A stretch of DNA of 63,666 bases, filler included, from Octopus bimaculoides (GCF_001194135.2; 8 parts of 7 records of this genome joined end to end with filler, not necessarily neighbours in it); one strand, 5' to 3'; counted from the first letter of the whole stretch, positions 26,560 to 40,589 are shown. Made by a program: numbers and translations. Notes: a model not told the origin generated them from the sequence alone.

Positions 26560-27010
26560 AAGGACCGTCATGGTTTCCTTTTCTCCAAAGGACCATCATG
26601 GCTTCTTTTTCTCTTGTTTTGAAAGTTGAAAGGATCCACCCGGTCAGACGTCTGCATTTTATTGCCAATTTAGTAATGTGCACCTGGAATGATGCATCAT
26701 TACCCACGTCGATGCCCAGGTCACGCACTGATTTTGATTCAGGGGTTGGAATCCCTCCTGGGCCAGTGTATCCTATCTGCTTTTCATCGACCTTCCTGTG
26801 TTGGTAGCGCAGGGCTTGGAATTCTCCAGCATTAAACTGAATGTTATTTTTCTCAACCCACCTGTATATTGCTTCCAATTCACGTTGCATATGTATAACA
26901 TCCCCAGGGTTCTGTATACTCTGAGAGACTTTTATATCGCTTGCATACCTAGATAGGGTAGCTACTTGAGCAGCTGAGGGCATGCCAGCAAAGGCCACTA
27001 CATACATGCA
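26560..27010 (-). mobile_element. CR1-group LINE reverse transcriptase C-terminal fragment
   Basis: YASDIKVSQSI..PGDVIHMQRELEAIYRWVEKNNIQFNAGEFQALRY...SVRDLGIDVGNDASFQVHITKLAIKCRRLTGWILSTFKTRE, matching the (Y/F)ADD.K..LQ.DL...W...N.M.FN and RDLGV...L.F..HI motifs. Confidence 0.9.
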
Positions 27011-27105
27011 AACATCCAGATTTCTGAGTACCTTAATTTTTTTCTATATATATATATGTATATATATATGTATATATATAAATACATGTATACATATATA
27101 CATAC

Positions 27106-27137
<32 letters not shown>

Positions 27138-27231
27138 NNNNNNNNNNNNNNNNNNNNNNNNNNNNNNNNNNNNNNNNNNNNNNNNNNNNNNNNNNNNNNN
27201 NNNNNNNNNNNNNNNNNNNNNNNNNNNNNNN

Positions 27232-27271
<40 letters not shown>

Positions 27272-27311
27272 ACACACATACATATTTATATATACATACA
27301 TACATACATAA

Positions 27312-27355
<44 letters not shown>

Positions 27356-27654
27356 GTATGTACATTGTGTGTGCGTGTCTGTGTACATATGTCTATATAT
27401 ACGTCTACATGAGGACATATAATACACATAAACATAATCACACTCATACGTACACGTATACGTTTCCCTTATTTTATCATCAGTAACTTTTTCTGATTTA
27501 TTTCAGATCTTTTTTATTTATTTATTCATTTATTTATTTAACATTTTTTTTTTGTTGGGAAAAATTCCAATGTAACACCCACTATGCACCGTTTGTCATT
27601 TGTAAAATTCCAACTTCAACCTATTCAAAGTCTTACTTTATTAAGATGAAAGCA

Positions 27655-27669
27655 GGTGTGATGATGATA

Positions 27670-27708
<39 letters not shown>

Positions 27709-28068
27709 GTGGCGGTGATGGTGGTGATGGTGATAATGATGATAGTGGTGGTGATGATGATAATGATGATGATGATGATGATGATGATGGTGGTGATGGT
27801 GGTGATGGTGATGATGATGGTGGTGATGGTGGTGATGGTGATAATGATGATGGTGGTGGTGATGATGATAATGATGATGATGACGGCAGTGATATGACGA
27901 CGATAACGATGGTGATGTTAGTATTGGCTGGCTGGCTGGGCGTAGCGTTTTCGACGGTGTTGACGCACCCACTGATGATGTTGTTGACGCTGATGATAGT
28001 GATGATGGGATGGCGGTGGTGGTGGTGGTGGCGGTGGTGGTGGTGGTGGCGGTGATGTGGTGATGTTC

Positions 28069-28100
<32 letters not shown>

Positions 28101-28600
28101 GATGTAGATGATGGTTGTTGCATTGGTGCAGGAAGGGTGTTGCTGAGCACAATGGTTATGATGATCATGATGTATGTAGAGGTGGTTGTGGCGGTGGTGA
28201 TCGCCGTCGTTTGATGATGATGATGATGATGATGATTATGCTCTNNNNNNNNNNNNNNNNNNNNNNNNNNNNNNNNNNNNNNNNNNNNNNNNNNNNNNNN
28301 NNNNNNNNNNNNNNNNNNNNNNNNNNNNNNNNNNNNNNNNNNNNNNNNNNNNNNNNNNNNNNNNNNNNNNNNNCGGTGGTGATCGCCGTCGTTTGATGAT
28401 GATGATGATGATGATGATTATGCTCTTGATGGTGTGGCAGTGGGCTGCGGACAGCAGAGGTTACGATGACATTGATGATGATGATGCTGATAACGATAAA
28501 GGGTGTTATGATAAGTACAGATTTACAAATTGGTGTCAGAGACACTGTATGTGATTATGATGATGATGATGATGATGATGATGAGGATGATGATGAGGAC

Positions 28601-28635
<35 letters not shown>

Positions 28636-28691
28636 GGAGGATGATGATGATGATGATGAGGACGATGATGATGATGATGATGAGGAGGAGG

Positions 28692-28725
<34 letters not shown>

Positions 28726-28740
28726 GGATGATGATGAAGG
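27655..28740. repeat. (GAT)n/(GGT)n/(GAG)n trinucleotide tract
   Basis: Direct reading; source of the poly-H/M/D artefact ORFs. Confidence 0.95.
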
Positions 28741-28879
28741 ACTCTCCCATCGAAGACGAAGTTTGAGGGTTCAGTTTTTGCCAAACGAACTCCTGCACAA
28801 ATGATTTCTTTATAGTGAGTAATCAAATGTGTGTTCTGTACATTAGCTAACACCTTCCGTCAAATCGACGTGGGTCTGA

Positions 28880-29010
28880 ACAGGTGTCAAAATAATCGCA
28901 GAGCAACGTCAAGTGAAGCGTTTTGCCCAAGAACACAACGCCGGTCTAAGAATTGAAACCACGATCACGTGATCGTGAGAGCAACTACCGAACTACTAGG
29001 TTATGCGCTC
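28880..29010 (-). mobile_element. tRNA-derived SINE head fragment
   Basis: GAGCAACGTCAAGTGAAGCGTTTTGCCCAAGAACACAACGC..GAATTGAAACCACGATC. Confidence 0.65.
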
Positions 29011-29039
29011 AGGTCCTTGTTGTGATTTAAGAGTCAGTA

Positions 29040-29640
29040 TACACTGGAAACTGCCAGAGATGGGGATTTGAAGCTGGAAACATATGTTTCAATCATCGAG
29101 TCAAAAGGGTACTGGAGTAATGTAAGATATTGAGGGACTTTCCTATTCAAACGGACAAGAAATTAAAAATTTAATAGACCAGATATAATGATTGTAGATA
29201 AGGAAAAGCGAAGTCACTTACTTATCGACGAAGTTGCTTACTTACGGGTTGATAAGTCGCTTACTTATCGACCCGTCATGCCCGTTTGAATCCAGGGTCG
29301 TAAAGAAAGAGGAAGAAAAACAAAGTAAAAACGATCCGTTAAAGTTTGAAATAGGAAGGTTTTGGAGCATGCGAACGGTAAAGGTCGTGCGTATAATAAT
29401 TGGTGCGTTGGGAATAGTAAGCCAAAATCTAAACAAAGGGCTGAAAGAAATTGAAATACAATGCCCGGTAGAGCTCCAACAGAAAGCTTGTCTCTTAGGG
29501 AGAGCAAAGGTTATCAGGAGGGTTCTGAGCACTTAAAACACTGCCAAAAACTTGTGGATACCTTAGGTTACAGGTAGTAACCCGCTACAAACGTAATTCC
29601 TATCAGGAACAAGACCGAACCTGAGCCAAACCAATATAAT
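29040..29640 (+). mobile_element. R4/Dong-like non-LTR retrotransposon REL endonuclease 3' end, pseudogenised
   Basis: HWKL(fs)QRWGFE..KIL.DFPIQTDK..NRPDIMIVDKEK, then LLIDPSCPFESRVVKKEEEK..DPLKFEIGRFWSMRTVKVVRIIIGALG..QKACLLGRAKVIRRVL*. Short 3' UTR ending in AAT repeats; internal triplication of CTTACTTATCGAC. Confidence 0.88.
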
Positions 29641-30060
29641 AATAATCGTTTCTAATAAAAGTTCAGGCACAAAATTTTGGGGGAGGACGTAAGTCGATTA
29701 CATCGTCCCCAGGCTTGATTGGTGTTTGCTTTATCGACCCCGAATGATGAAAGGCAAAGTCGACCGAGGCGGGATTTGAACTCAGAATGTAAAGATGGGC
29801 GAAATACAGCTAAGCAGTTTGTTCAGCGTTTCTGGTAGCTCGCCGCTTTAAAAATGGTTTCAAATTTTGGTACAAGGCCAGTAATTTCGGTGGAGGGGGT
29901 AAATCGATTATATGGACCCAGTGGTCAACTGGTACTTGTTCTATCGACTACGAAAAGACGAAACGCAAAGTCGGTGTAGATGGAATTTTAACTCACAACG
30001 TAAAGATGGACGAAATGCCGCTAAGCATTTTGCCCGGCACGGTTCTGCCGGCTTTCTACA
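29640..30060 (-). mobile_element. Two tandem family B SINEs (~29640-29850; ~29855-30060)
   Basis: Same diagnostic motifs as the other family B copies. Confidence 0.85.
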
Positions 30061-30075
30061 TTTAATAATAATAAC

Positions 30076-30114
<39 letters not shown>

Positions 30115-30512
30115 TATTATTATTATTATTATTATTATTATACACAGTAGAAGTCTGTAGAAACTTTATGAACGTATAAACAAAATTCGAATATCACGCA
30201 CGCGCACGCGCACACACACACATACACACACATACATTCATTCACATGCACACAAAATTTTACATATGGTTTCGACGATGGTGTACTTCATGGGATGAAT
30301 TATCTGTTCATTGATTNNNNNNNNNNNNNNNNNNNNNNNNNNNNNNNNNNNNNNNNNNNNNNNNNNNNNNNNNNNNNNNNNNNNNNNNNNNNNNNNNNNN
30401 NNNNNNNNNNNNNNNNNNNNNNNNNNNNNNNNNNNNNNNNNNNNNNNNNNNNNNNNNNNNNNNNNNNNNNNNNNNNNNNNNNNNNNNNNNNNNNNNNNNN
30501 NNNNNNNNNNNN

Positions 30513-30552
<40 letters not shown>

Positions 30553-30555
<3 letters not shown>

Positions 30556-30725
30556 TTTTATTTCTGTACTTGTTTCAGTCATTTGACTGCAGTCATGCTG
30601 GAGCACCGCCTTAAAGGGTTTTATTCTTTGTAAGTCTAGTAATTCTATCATTCTGTTGTGTCGAACTGCTCAGTTACGGAAACACACCACTATCGGTTTC
30701 AAGCGATGGCAGGGTGACAAACACA
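30553..30725 (-). mobile_element. SINE family A, 3' half with internal deletions
   Basis: GTTTCAGTCATTTGACTGCAGTCATGCTGGAGCACCGCC. Confidence 0.8.
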
Positions 30726-30729
30726 TACG

Positions 30730-30776
<47 letters not shown>

Positions 30777-30786
30777 NNNNNNNNNN

Positions 30787-30838
<52 letters not shown>

Positions 30839-30908
30839 CAGTGTGTGTGTGTGTATGTATGAATATGTGTATGTATATGTTTATGCATGAATTTATGTAA
30901 TAGTTATT

Positions 30909-31124
30909 CTTTTCTCCTCTAGACGCAAGGCACGAAATTTTGAGGGAGGGGGACAGTCGATTAGAACGATCCCAGTACGTAACTGGTACTTAATTTATCG
31001 ACCCCGAAAGGATGAAAGGCAAAGTCGACTTCGGCGAAATTTGAACTCAGAACGTAACGACAGGCGAAATACCGCTAAACATTTCGCTCGGCGTGCTAAC
31101 GTTTCTGCCAGCTAGCCGCCTTCA
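30909..31124 (-). mobile_element. SINE family B with 14-bp target-site duplication
   Basis: Near-consensus copy flanked by ATGTAATAGTTATT at 30895-30908 and 31125-31138. Confidence 0.92.
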
Positions 31125-31597
31125 ATGTAATAGTTATTAGTGACAGAAGCAGTAGGAGTACCAAAACGCAATCTCTGCATGCAACTTAACGTGGATATTT
31201 TGTTAAAGCAGTGAATACTACGTTATTTACCATCGGAGGACCTCTCATTTGCAACCATGGTGTATTCATGGCTGGAAGACGATAATTATCTGTAACTTGT
31301 GCAGGTGTTGTCACGAAAATCTCCACGGTAATTTGGATATAAAGATTGGCTTATATATTTATAAATATTTGTGCATGTGTGTGTGTCTGTGTGTGTGTGT
31401 CTTTGTATGCATATGATGCAAATATATAGATATAAATGAATAACACTTTCACACAGATATGCCATTATCTTTGCTTGCAATAGCGCTAACAAAATAAAGG
31501 AAGCTTATTTGAGTGAGTTTAATTTCTATTGTTGAAATTTATTCTGGTATGAAATTTCAAATAATGAAAAAGCAGCCAACATTAGCAAAAACTATTG

Positions 31598-32185
31598 CAC
31601 CTATATACACTGGAAGCTATGCCAACACTATGGAATAACAACAGAAAAAAGATGGTATAAACACACGCCAGAAAAGTTCACAGAAAACGAGAAAGCAACC
31701 ATACTCTGGGATATGCCAATACACACAGATAGAGAAATTAAGGCCAATAGACTAGATATAGTTGTCAAACATTATGAAGGAAAAAAATGCTTTCTAATTG
31801 ATGTATCAATACCAGTAGTTGACAACGTTTCCCTAAAAGAAATGGAGAAACTTTCAAAATACAAAGACCTGGAAATAGAGGTAACTCGAATGTGGAATCT
31901 AAAAACAGAAACAATTCCTATCATAGTAGGTGCCTTAGGTATAATAAAAAAATATTCAGACAAATACATAACAAAAACACCAGGACTTACAAATATATAT
32001 AACATACAGAAAATTGCACTACTGGGCACAGCACACATCCTACGCAAAACACTTTCAATACAGTAACCATAAGAGCATCACGGCAAACCACAGCACATAC
32101 CCAAGGCACACAGAGCTGCGCTCGGTAGTGAAGTGAAAGCACGTTGTAAAAATAAAACTACGGAGCAATAATAATAATAATATAA
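31598..32185 (+). mobile_element. 5'-truncated R4/Dong-like LINE, REL endonuclease + 3' UTR + (AAT)n tail; young copy
   Basis: Uninterrupted frame TYIHWKLCQHYGITTEKRWYKHTPEK..ENEKATILWDMPIHTDREIKANRLDIVVK...FLIDVSIP..KEMEKLSKYKDLEIEVTRMWNLKTETIPIIVGALG..QKIALLGTAHILRKTLSIQ* (stop at 32066). Confidence 0.95.
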
Positions 32186-32384
32186 TGCCCGGATGCAGTA
32201 CCAGGTAGTGACTCTCATGGCTTCTGATCTTAATTCATTGGAAGTGTTATCATGTACATTGTTTTGTCTTGGTATAAAAGATGGCTACAGCAAATATTCT
32301 ACTCAGTACCACAGATTTGCTTGTCAGTTGTTTGACATTAACAAGTTGAGCTGAGAATGTCCCTTGGTAGCTGACGATATGTGC
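32186..32384. mobile_element. Non-coding interspersed repeat, partial copy (cut by linker gap)
   Basis: ATGCAGTACCAGG(T/C)AGTG(A/G)CT(C/T)TCATGGCTTCTGAT...GTCTTGGTATAAAAGATGG...CCCTTGGT.GCTGA.GATATGTGC is shared with 56757-57292. Confidence 0.85.
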
Positions 32385-33529
32385 NNNNNNNNNNNNNNNN
32401 NNNNNNNNNNNNNNNNNNNNNNNNNNNNTTAATTAATTAANNNNNNNNNNNNNNNNNNNNNNNNNNNNNNNNNNNNNNNNNNNNCTGCATGTTTTATGCA
32501 CTTGTAAATCCTGGTATTTTGGTTATGTATTTGTCTGAATGTGTTTGTTGTCATACCCAATGGATTTACTATTAAACGAATCGTTTCTCTTTTTTAGGCG
32601 CCATTTTCGGGTTACCTATATTTCCAAATCTTTGTATTTTTTCATCATTATTATAATTTCTAACAGAAAGACCACTCTCCAGGCGGCTTTCTGATAGCCA
32701 CTCGATAATATTTCCACACTAGATTCACAATTCTAATAAATGCTTTTATATTTTACGTCTAATTATTTCTTAGTATAATAGTGCTCACTTGCTTAGTAAA
32801 TATTGTTTTCATTATTTTATCACAGTCATAATCTCACTGCTTTAAACAAACATGAAGGTAGTCCAACTAAATTTAGTGAGCAAAAAAAATAGAAGCGATC
32901 ATATAGATATATTTTAATACCTACAGTGTTTCAAATAGCCATAGCAAAAAATTCACAACGGAAAAGAAATAAATCACATGAGGTCAAAGCTTCAGTAAGT
33001 TTTAATAACTTTTGGAATATAATTTTTTTCCTATATGTATAAACAATAAACTGAGAACATTTACACATTTGAATTCAAGCCAACAAAATACCTGATTTCT
33101 TCATCTGAAATACCGGAATGAAATTTGGAATGAAAAAATTGCAATGAATATATGTTAAATAAATTATCATTAATGAAAACAATTAGACGCGGGAGAGTAA
33201 GAGTGAGAGACTATGTTGCAAATGAAAACGAAAGATTTCGTCAGAACATATTAACATTGTTTATCAAATGTTAAAACCTACTCTGCAATGAACGTAATGC
33301 TTGGCAACGGATATTTAAATGTGTGACAGACTTTTCGAAACTGTTTTTATCGATATATATTAACAGAAGAATTTATAAAAAAATTCCGGAGAGTCAAACT
33401 TTTAATATGGCTATTATGAAGGGTGTCACTAACTTAACTAACGGACATCAAAGGAATTTATATGTAGCTGTGTAGGTGAGTCAATCTGTTGTATATATTT
33501 CTCATTAATAACTGGTAGAACTTACATAG

Positions 33530-33650
<121 letters not shown>

Positions 33651-33849
33651 CATACAGACAGACAGACAGACAGACAGATGGACAAACAGACAGACAGACA
33701 GATGGACAAACAGACAGACAGACAGACGGACAGAGTCAGAGACAGAGACAGAGGGGCATATACACACAAAAGTGTGGTGCTGTGAGAACGCGTGGGTATG
33801 CCGTTTCCTTACTTTTTCAAATATACCCAAATTGAAAATGATCTAATAT

Positions 33850-34800
33850 AACGATATCATTCATCCGGCATGTGTTGAAATATGCCAAAACAATTTAATT
33901 CTTCACAGATATGTGTTACCTTACATATAATTCATGTGTTAATTCCATCTATTGAAACTTGCTAAATTGCATATTCTACTTTAAAGTAGTATTTCCTTGT
34001 AGACACAATTGTCAGTAATCATATTGTTTCTATGTCTCTCAGCCAATATTTTTACATTAGCTTTCTTTCGAACTCTAGATAATGCAACATACAGCTGACC
34101 GCGTGAGAAAAATTGCGTCGGATGAAATATTCCAATTTGTTCAAAAGTCTGTCCGTATGTCTGATTGCACGTCAAGGCAAAATCTGGCTAGATAGGAAAT
34201 TGTTTGCGTATAAATGTGAATGGAAATTCCATTTCTTGAGATATATGTGGTACTCTTGGGATTAGCAATGTTGATCCAGCATAAGGCCCAGAAGCAACCT
34301 CAGCTTTAATAACATGATTATGTAAACTGACGAAGATGTCTCACTGTTTAAATTTTTATGTCGCAGACGATTGTCAAGTTCGTTATCTGTATAATATAAG
34401 TAGATTTGAGCAAATTTGGGATTGTTGTCATTGGGAATTAGCGATCCAGTTATGTGACAAACTGTCCCTTGTACCTTAAGTGTAGGACTAAATCCTAGGA
34501 CTCTCATTTCTCTGTAACCCAGAGAAATCAATGCCAATTAAATAAACGTATATTTTGCAGGAAACTGTTTCCTGTGTGTGTAACATAGAAGTATCTAAGT
34601 ATATTTGGTAGAGGGGACAGATTGTCAAGTTTTACCTTCCCCTCAAAACAACATAGAGATTTCAATTCAGTATACTGTAAGCTTTGCAGTATGAACAAAC
34701 ATTATCAAAGAGACTCCCTGCATTATTTGGCTGTGTATTAAATTTAGATACTTGAAAATACACCAGGGGAACTCTAATTTCCATTATTACTCCAGTTTGT
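33850..34800 (-). mobile_element. Internally deleted Helitron: N-terminal Rep-side region fused to Pif1 helicase C-terminus
   Basis: Minus strand: CSYCKA...CCFEGKVKL..L.PLP..L, SFLQNIRLFN, FSPTLKVQGTVCHITGSLIP..PKFAQIYLY, then PRVPHISQEMEFPFTFIRKQFPI*PDFALTCNQTYGQTF..IGIF..FSRGQLYVALSRV...TDNCVYKEIL. Confidence 0.9.
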
Positions 34801-36239
34801 CTAATGATCTCCTGAAAATGGGTATATGCACAAAGTTTAAGCTAATATTGATGTAATTTCCAAAAAAAAAAAAAAACATTTCAAACGAGAATTAGGGTTA
34901 GTATTGATTAGAAGAAATTAAACTAAACCTGCCACTGGCAAATCTCTGTAATAAAAAAAACAATTATTAAACTCGAAACTATCTCACCCTCTCTCTCCTT
35001 CTTACTCACTTTCTCTCTCCCGTCTCCAACTCTCTTACTCATTCTTTCTTTCTTTCTCCCTTTCTTTCTTTCTCTCTTTCTTTCTTTCTCTCTCTCTCTC
35101 TCTGTTTACAGACATACACATACACACACANNNNNNNNNNNNNNNNNNNNNNNNNNNNNNNNNNNNNNNNNNNNTTAATTAATTAANNNNNNNNNNNNNN
35201 NNNNNNNNNNNNNNNNNNNNNNNNNNNNNNATATATATAATATAATATACGTAGGTGTATATATGTATGTCGATATATGCGTACATATATGCATATATAT
35301 ATATATATGCGTATATATCGGTGTGTGTTCCTCTTTCTATTGCAGACCCCGATGGGTGGGGTGTCAACTTTCACCACCCCAACCAAGAGACAGCCTCTAA
35401 TAATCACATATTATACAGGAAAGCCAAACTCCCGGTTTTCGGAGCTCTAGAACTTAGCACTTTTAGCTAAACACAACTACCACGAACAACCACAAATAAC
35501 GTTTATATATAATTAATTGACAATTGAACCAAAATGAAAACATTTTTTTATATTAAATATTAAACACCCGCACATACATACACAGTGTAAATACAATAAT
35601 AATGACAATAACAAAGAAAGAAAAACGGGGGGGGAAGAAGAAAAGAAGAGAAAAAGTAAAAGGAATTTTAAAGTCCTCTACATGTGTGTGTGTGTCTGTG
35701 TGTGGATGTGCGTGTGTATGGTTTGGTTGTTAGTTGTTAATTGGTTTGTCGGTCGTTAGGTTTGTCGGTCAATAAGTTAACAGCCTTATCACAGCTTGAC
35801 TTAGTCTCGGCTTGGAATAGGCCTTATAACTTGGCTCATCGTCGCCTGATCTGGGTTTCGGTCTTGCTTCTGATCTTGGTCATGCTTTTGATTTTTGCCT
35901 TCATGTTGGCTTGCCTTCACGTAGTCTTGAACTTGGTGCTGCTTTTATTTGCCTTCGTTTTTACTTATTTATTCATTCATTCATTAGTTTCATTTTATTT
36001 ATGTTATAATTTTTGTTTGTTTGTTTGTTTGTTTGTTATTTTCTTTTTTATGTCCTAATTTTGGTTCAGAGACAGAAACGGATATGTTTCTCTCATGGGC
36101 TGGCCCTGTTTGAGGTTGAGGCAGGAATGGCATGCTTGGATGCAAAGTGAGAGGTTGTATGTCATATGAGGGGGAACAAATGTTACTTCATCAATACCAT
36201 GCATTTCAACTAATGTTTATTATTATCATTATTATTATT

Positions 36240-36460
36240 ATAGGAAGCGAGCTGGCAGAATCGCCAGCGCGTCGGACAAAACACTTAGCGGCATTTCTTC
36301 TGTCCCCTTATTTTCTGACTTCAAATGCCGCCGAGGTCAGCTTTGCCTTTCAGCTTTTCGGGGTCGATAATATAACAATAAAGTACCAGACATATGCTAT
36401 GGTTGAGTAATAATCGACTGGCACCTACCCCAGTTGCTGCTCCTGGGCCAAAATTATTAG
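36240..36460 (+). mobile_element. SINE family B
   Basis: GCGAGCTGGCAGAATCG...GCCGAGGTCAGCTTTGCCTTTC..GGGGTCGATAA. Confidence 0.85.
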
Positions 36461-37262
36461 TTATAATTCAGTTTTAAGTTTATCGATGACAGATTTTGCA
36501 ATGAACAACCAAAGTCACCATTATTACTACGTTGTTTATATTATTACTTCGAATACTTCTACTACTACTACTACTACCACTACCATAACCACTGCAACAA
36601 CAAAAAATTCAACAGGAAAAGTATGTATTGTGATTTCGTAGCAAAAGAAATCTCACCACAAATAACGACGTACTCAACACAATCTTGTTACTATTACAGT
36701 CACTAATATTCCCACTGCTACCCAAAAATTTAACGATAGTGTTTTTAAATTTTTTGGTCAAAAAAAAAAAAAACAGTCTTTGATCATACTGCGTGGCATC
36801 TTGTGCAAGCTTTTTAACTGCAGGTTTTCAAATGCCGACTTTGTGGAAGTTGACAGACAGAAACTGAGCGCAAAGACATCGCATAAATATGAATGAAAGC
36901 TTTGCGTGAAACTGCTAGTACTTATGGGGGGAATCATTTTGTTAAGATATATACTCTGATTTTGGGGAATTTATCGACGAGTACAGTTTGCCAATGTCAA
37001 CCGCACGAAGCCTTTNNNNNNNNNNNNNNNNNNNNNNNNNNNNNNNNNNNNNNNNNNNNNNNNNNNNNNNNNNNNNNNNNNNNNNNNNNNNNNNNNNNNN
37101 NNNNNNNNNNNNNNNNNNNNNNNNNNNNNNNNNNNNNNNNNNNNNNNNNNNNNNNNNNNNNNNNNNNNNNNNNNNNNNNNNNNNNNNNNNNNNNNNNNNN
37201 NNNNNNNNNNNNNNNNNNNNNNNNNNNNNNNNNNNNNNNNNNNNNNNNNNNNNNNNNNNNNN

Positions 37263-37316
<54 letters not shown>

Positions 37317-37318
37317 AG

Positions 37319-37355
<37 letters not shown>

Positions 37356-39769
37356 ATTAGGGTTCAAGGAAGGGAAAGAAAAACTTTTAGCGTTTGTATG
37401 TGTTAGTGTTTAGAAAAGGAACAAAAGAGGAAAGTGTGAAAGGAAAAAGGAGTGCTTTATCAGCGGGGAGTCAGATGAGTGTATCGAAACGATCGTAAAT
37501 GAAACATTGAGATTAATATGATTGCTTGAAGTATTTGAAAGAAAGCAGTGAGTTTAAGATGTAGCGCTTGTACGATAAAATGTTTCGTTGGTGAAATATT
37601 TTTTGTTGTTCGAAATGATGTTGAGTGGAAAGGAAAGGTCGTCTCATTGACTAATTTCAACTGTTTGGACGAATGAAAGGTTTTTAATTTTTCGAGTGAT
37701 TCGAGCATGTATGCAGCTAATCAAACACCAATTGTGAATGGTGATTATTTCATTTTATTTATTTATTGTTGTTGTTTATTTTTCTTCATCCTGGATTCAA
37801 TTTACTTTTCATCCATCTGATGCTGATGGAAGGAACAGGCAAGTAGTGCTGATCGGTTAAATCGTTTACACAACTCCTGCCTCCCTCCCTTATTTGTGGC
37901 CTTGTACCAAAATTAGAAAGCAACATTATTATTATTATTATTATTCGAGGAATTTTCATTGTAAATTGCTGGGTAAATTACTGCCTTCATCCGACTGCTA
38001 CAGTCAGTTCGGTTACGACCGGCACCGACACCGCAACCACTAACAAAACAAACAACCATACTATAACCACTACCACAGCCACCTTTAACACCACTAATAC
38101 TAACGCTACTACTACAACTACAGACCATCCATCCATGCACACACCCAAACAATCAACGCCATCCTCATCTGCATCATTATTGTGGCTGCTTGCGCTGTCT
38201 TCATCACTGTCAACACAATCATTATCATCATATAAGCACCTGGTTTTTTTTTTATAACAATGTCACCTAGCCCTAACCCTTCCCACCCCCTTTCTTGTGG
38301 CACAAACCAGCACCTGCGCGAACCCGCACGGTCACTAATTATCGCCGGCACCACTCCCTACTAACACTACCACCACTACTACTACTACTACTACTGCAAC
38401 CATTACTACGGGGGTAATTAGCATTGGAAAATAAACACTCCCGTTTTGCTTTTCGCGGACACCCACGAAATAAAACCTCCCGTCATCTTTCTTTGAAGGC
38501 ATTCCAAACGTGACCATTCCATTTTTTAAAAAAAGCTACAACTACTACATCACTACCTCTACTGCTTTTACTCATACCACCACCAACACAATTGCAGTGT
38601 TGAGCCTTCGTAACGCGGCCAACTGTTGCAGAATGCTAGTAGTAGTAGTAGTAGTCTAGTTATTGTTTTGGTTAATTGCAATGATCAAAAATTAAATGAA
38701 TTGTTACAAACACGGCCGCAATAAACGTAACAGCATAAATCTATGACAACAGCAAAATATGGCAACTCTTGTTTGCACATGCGTGGTCACTCTTACAAGA
38801 CAATCATTTTCAAATCACACTCAACGGTTTCTAAAAACTAGAAAAGCGCTGGATAATGCTGTAGTCCTTAGATAAAACGTGATTGCTCGTAGCAGACACG
38901 GATTTTCAAATAAGACAGGTTAACAATGTAGTTCTAGACACACCAGCCTTTCGAAAAAAAAATTCGAGATGGTCTATTCTCAGAGATCTGCTCTATGATA
39001 GTGGTCATTCCGAACATAATCATTCTCCAATCACAGCTTAGAGTCTTTAAAAACAGGGAAGGCGCCGGGTGATGGCGCAGTTCTCGATACAACAAGCCTT
39101 AAAAAAAAAAAAAAAACAGTATTGTCTATGTCCATATGTCTATGAAGAACTGACCAGGAGTTAATCGACAACGAAGTCCCTCGTTTTGCTAAAAATGGTG
39201 ACCAAATCTCCCTCATTTATTATTTTGACAATTCGGATAATGTAAGTCTAGACACAGCACGTTTGATTAAAATAAGGAAGACGGCATGGTCATGGATCGA
39301 ACGTCTTTGATTATATGTCTGTTCGATGCAGACCTGGGTTAAACAATAGCAAGAACAAATATCGCAACATCAACTACGGCTGTAACTACTACCACCAACA
39401 TTACTACTACAACTACTACAACTAATTATGACACAGACTCCTCACTATTCTCTGCACTCGACAATGCCTATTAAAATAAAATTTTCTGGGTTATTTCCCT
39501 TGCTTTTTCCCCCCTTCAATTTAATAATTCAGCTAATGGCTGATTGCATTATTAAGATCAATTCTTTTTTTAATATTGATTAATTAATTAATTAATTAAT
39601 TAATATATCAAGTTTATTCGGGTCCACTTTGCCATTTACCTACTACTTGGTGCTACTAAGTCCCCGACTTCTGTTATATTATTCTCTTGTTTCTAAAAAC
39701 ACATCAAGACGAAATCTAGCGCCCTCTCATCGTCATTTTGATTCTTCCTAAATCAACGGTCTCATAAAT

Positions 39770-39804
<35 letters not shown>

Positions 39805-40036
39805 AACCATTTTTTCCATGATTCTCTAAACTATTTACTACATAACAGCCATTGAGCCATGCTTTTTGTATTTTTTCNNNNNNNNNNNNNNNNNNNNNNN
39901 NNNNNNNNNNNNNNNNNNNNNNNNNNNNGGGGGGGGGGGTCTGTCTTTCAACTTCACCCAGCATTCCTCTCCTCTCACACACACACATAATTTAGCACAT
40001 CACAACAAGCACAGCACACACACGCATAACAGAAGC

Positions 40037-40089
<53 letters not shown>

Positions 40090-40589
40090 AGACACAGACA
40101 CAACCTACGGTAACCAAACGCTCGTTTTTGGGACTTACCTCAAGCAGAACATTCTAAATCCCAGGTAATTATAATCATAATAACAAAGATGAATACTTGC
40201 AACACACTGCATCATTTAATAGTGACATCGTGCTCCTCCTGCCAACACCAGCCACCACTATCACAGATCTAAGTCATTGTAGTTATCATCATCATCGTGA
40301 ATAACACTATCATCATCATCAACATCATCATCATTATTATTCAGGTGGCGACTTAACAGAATCGTTAGCACGCCGAACAAACACGCCGGACAACTGTAAA
40401 AAGTTTCCCCGAGTTTAAAATCCGTTTCTACCGAGTTTTATTCACCAAATGTTTTGGACAATGTCAAATGTGGAACAAACTGTCACGCCTTAACAAATAC
40501 ACAACGACGACTGGATATGGACATGAAACACACACAAACACAGACACACACACACGAATATGTCAGCGCTTGTGTATGCTTATAATTAT

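Noticed and set aside
27625-28853. Poly-His, poly-Met and poly-Asp ORFs
   Set aside because: Translations of (GAT)n/(GGT)n microsatellites, open in several frames on both strands with no complex domain.
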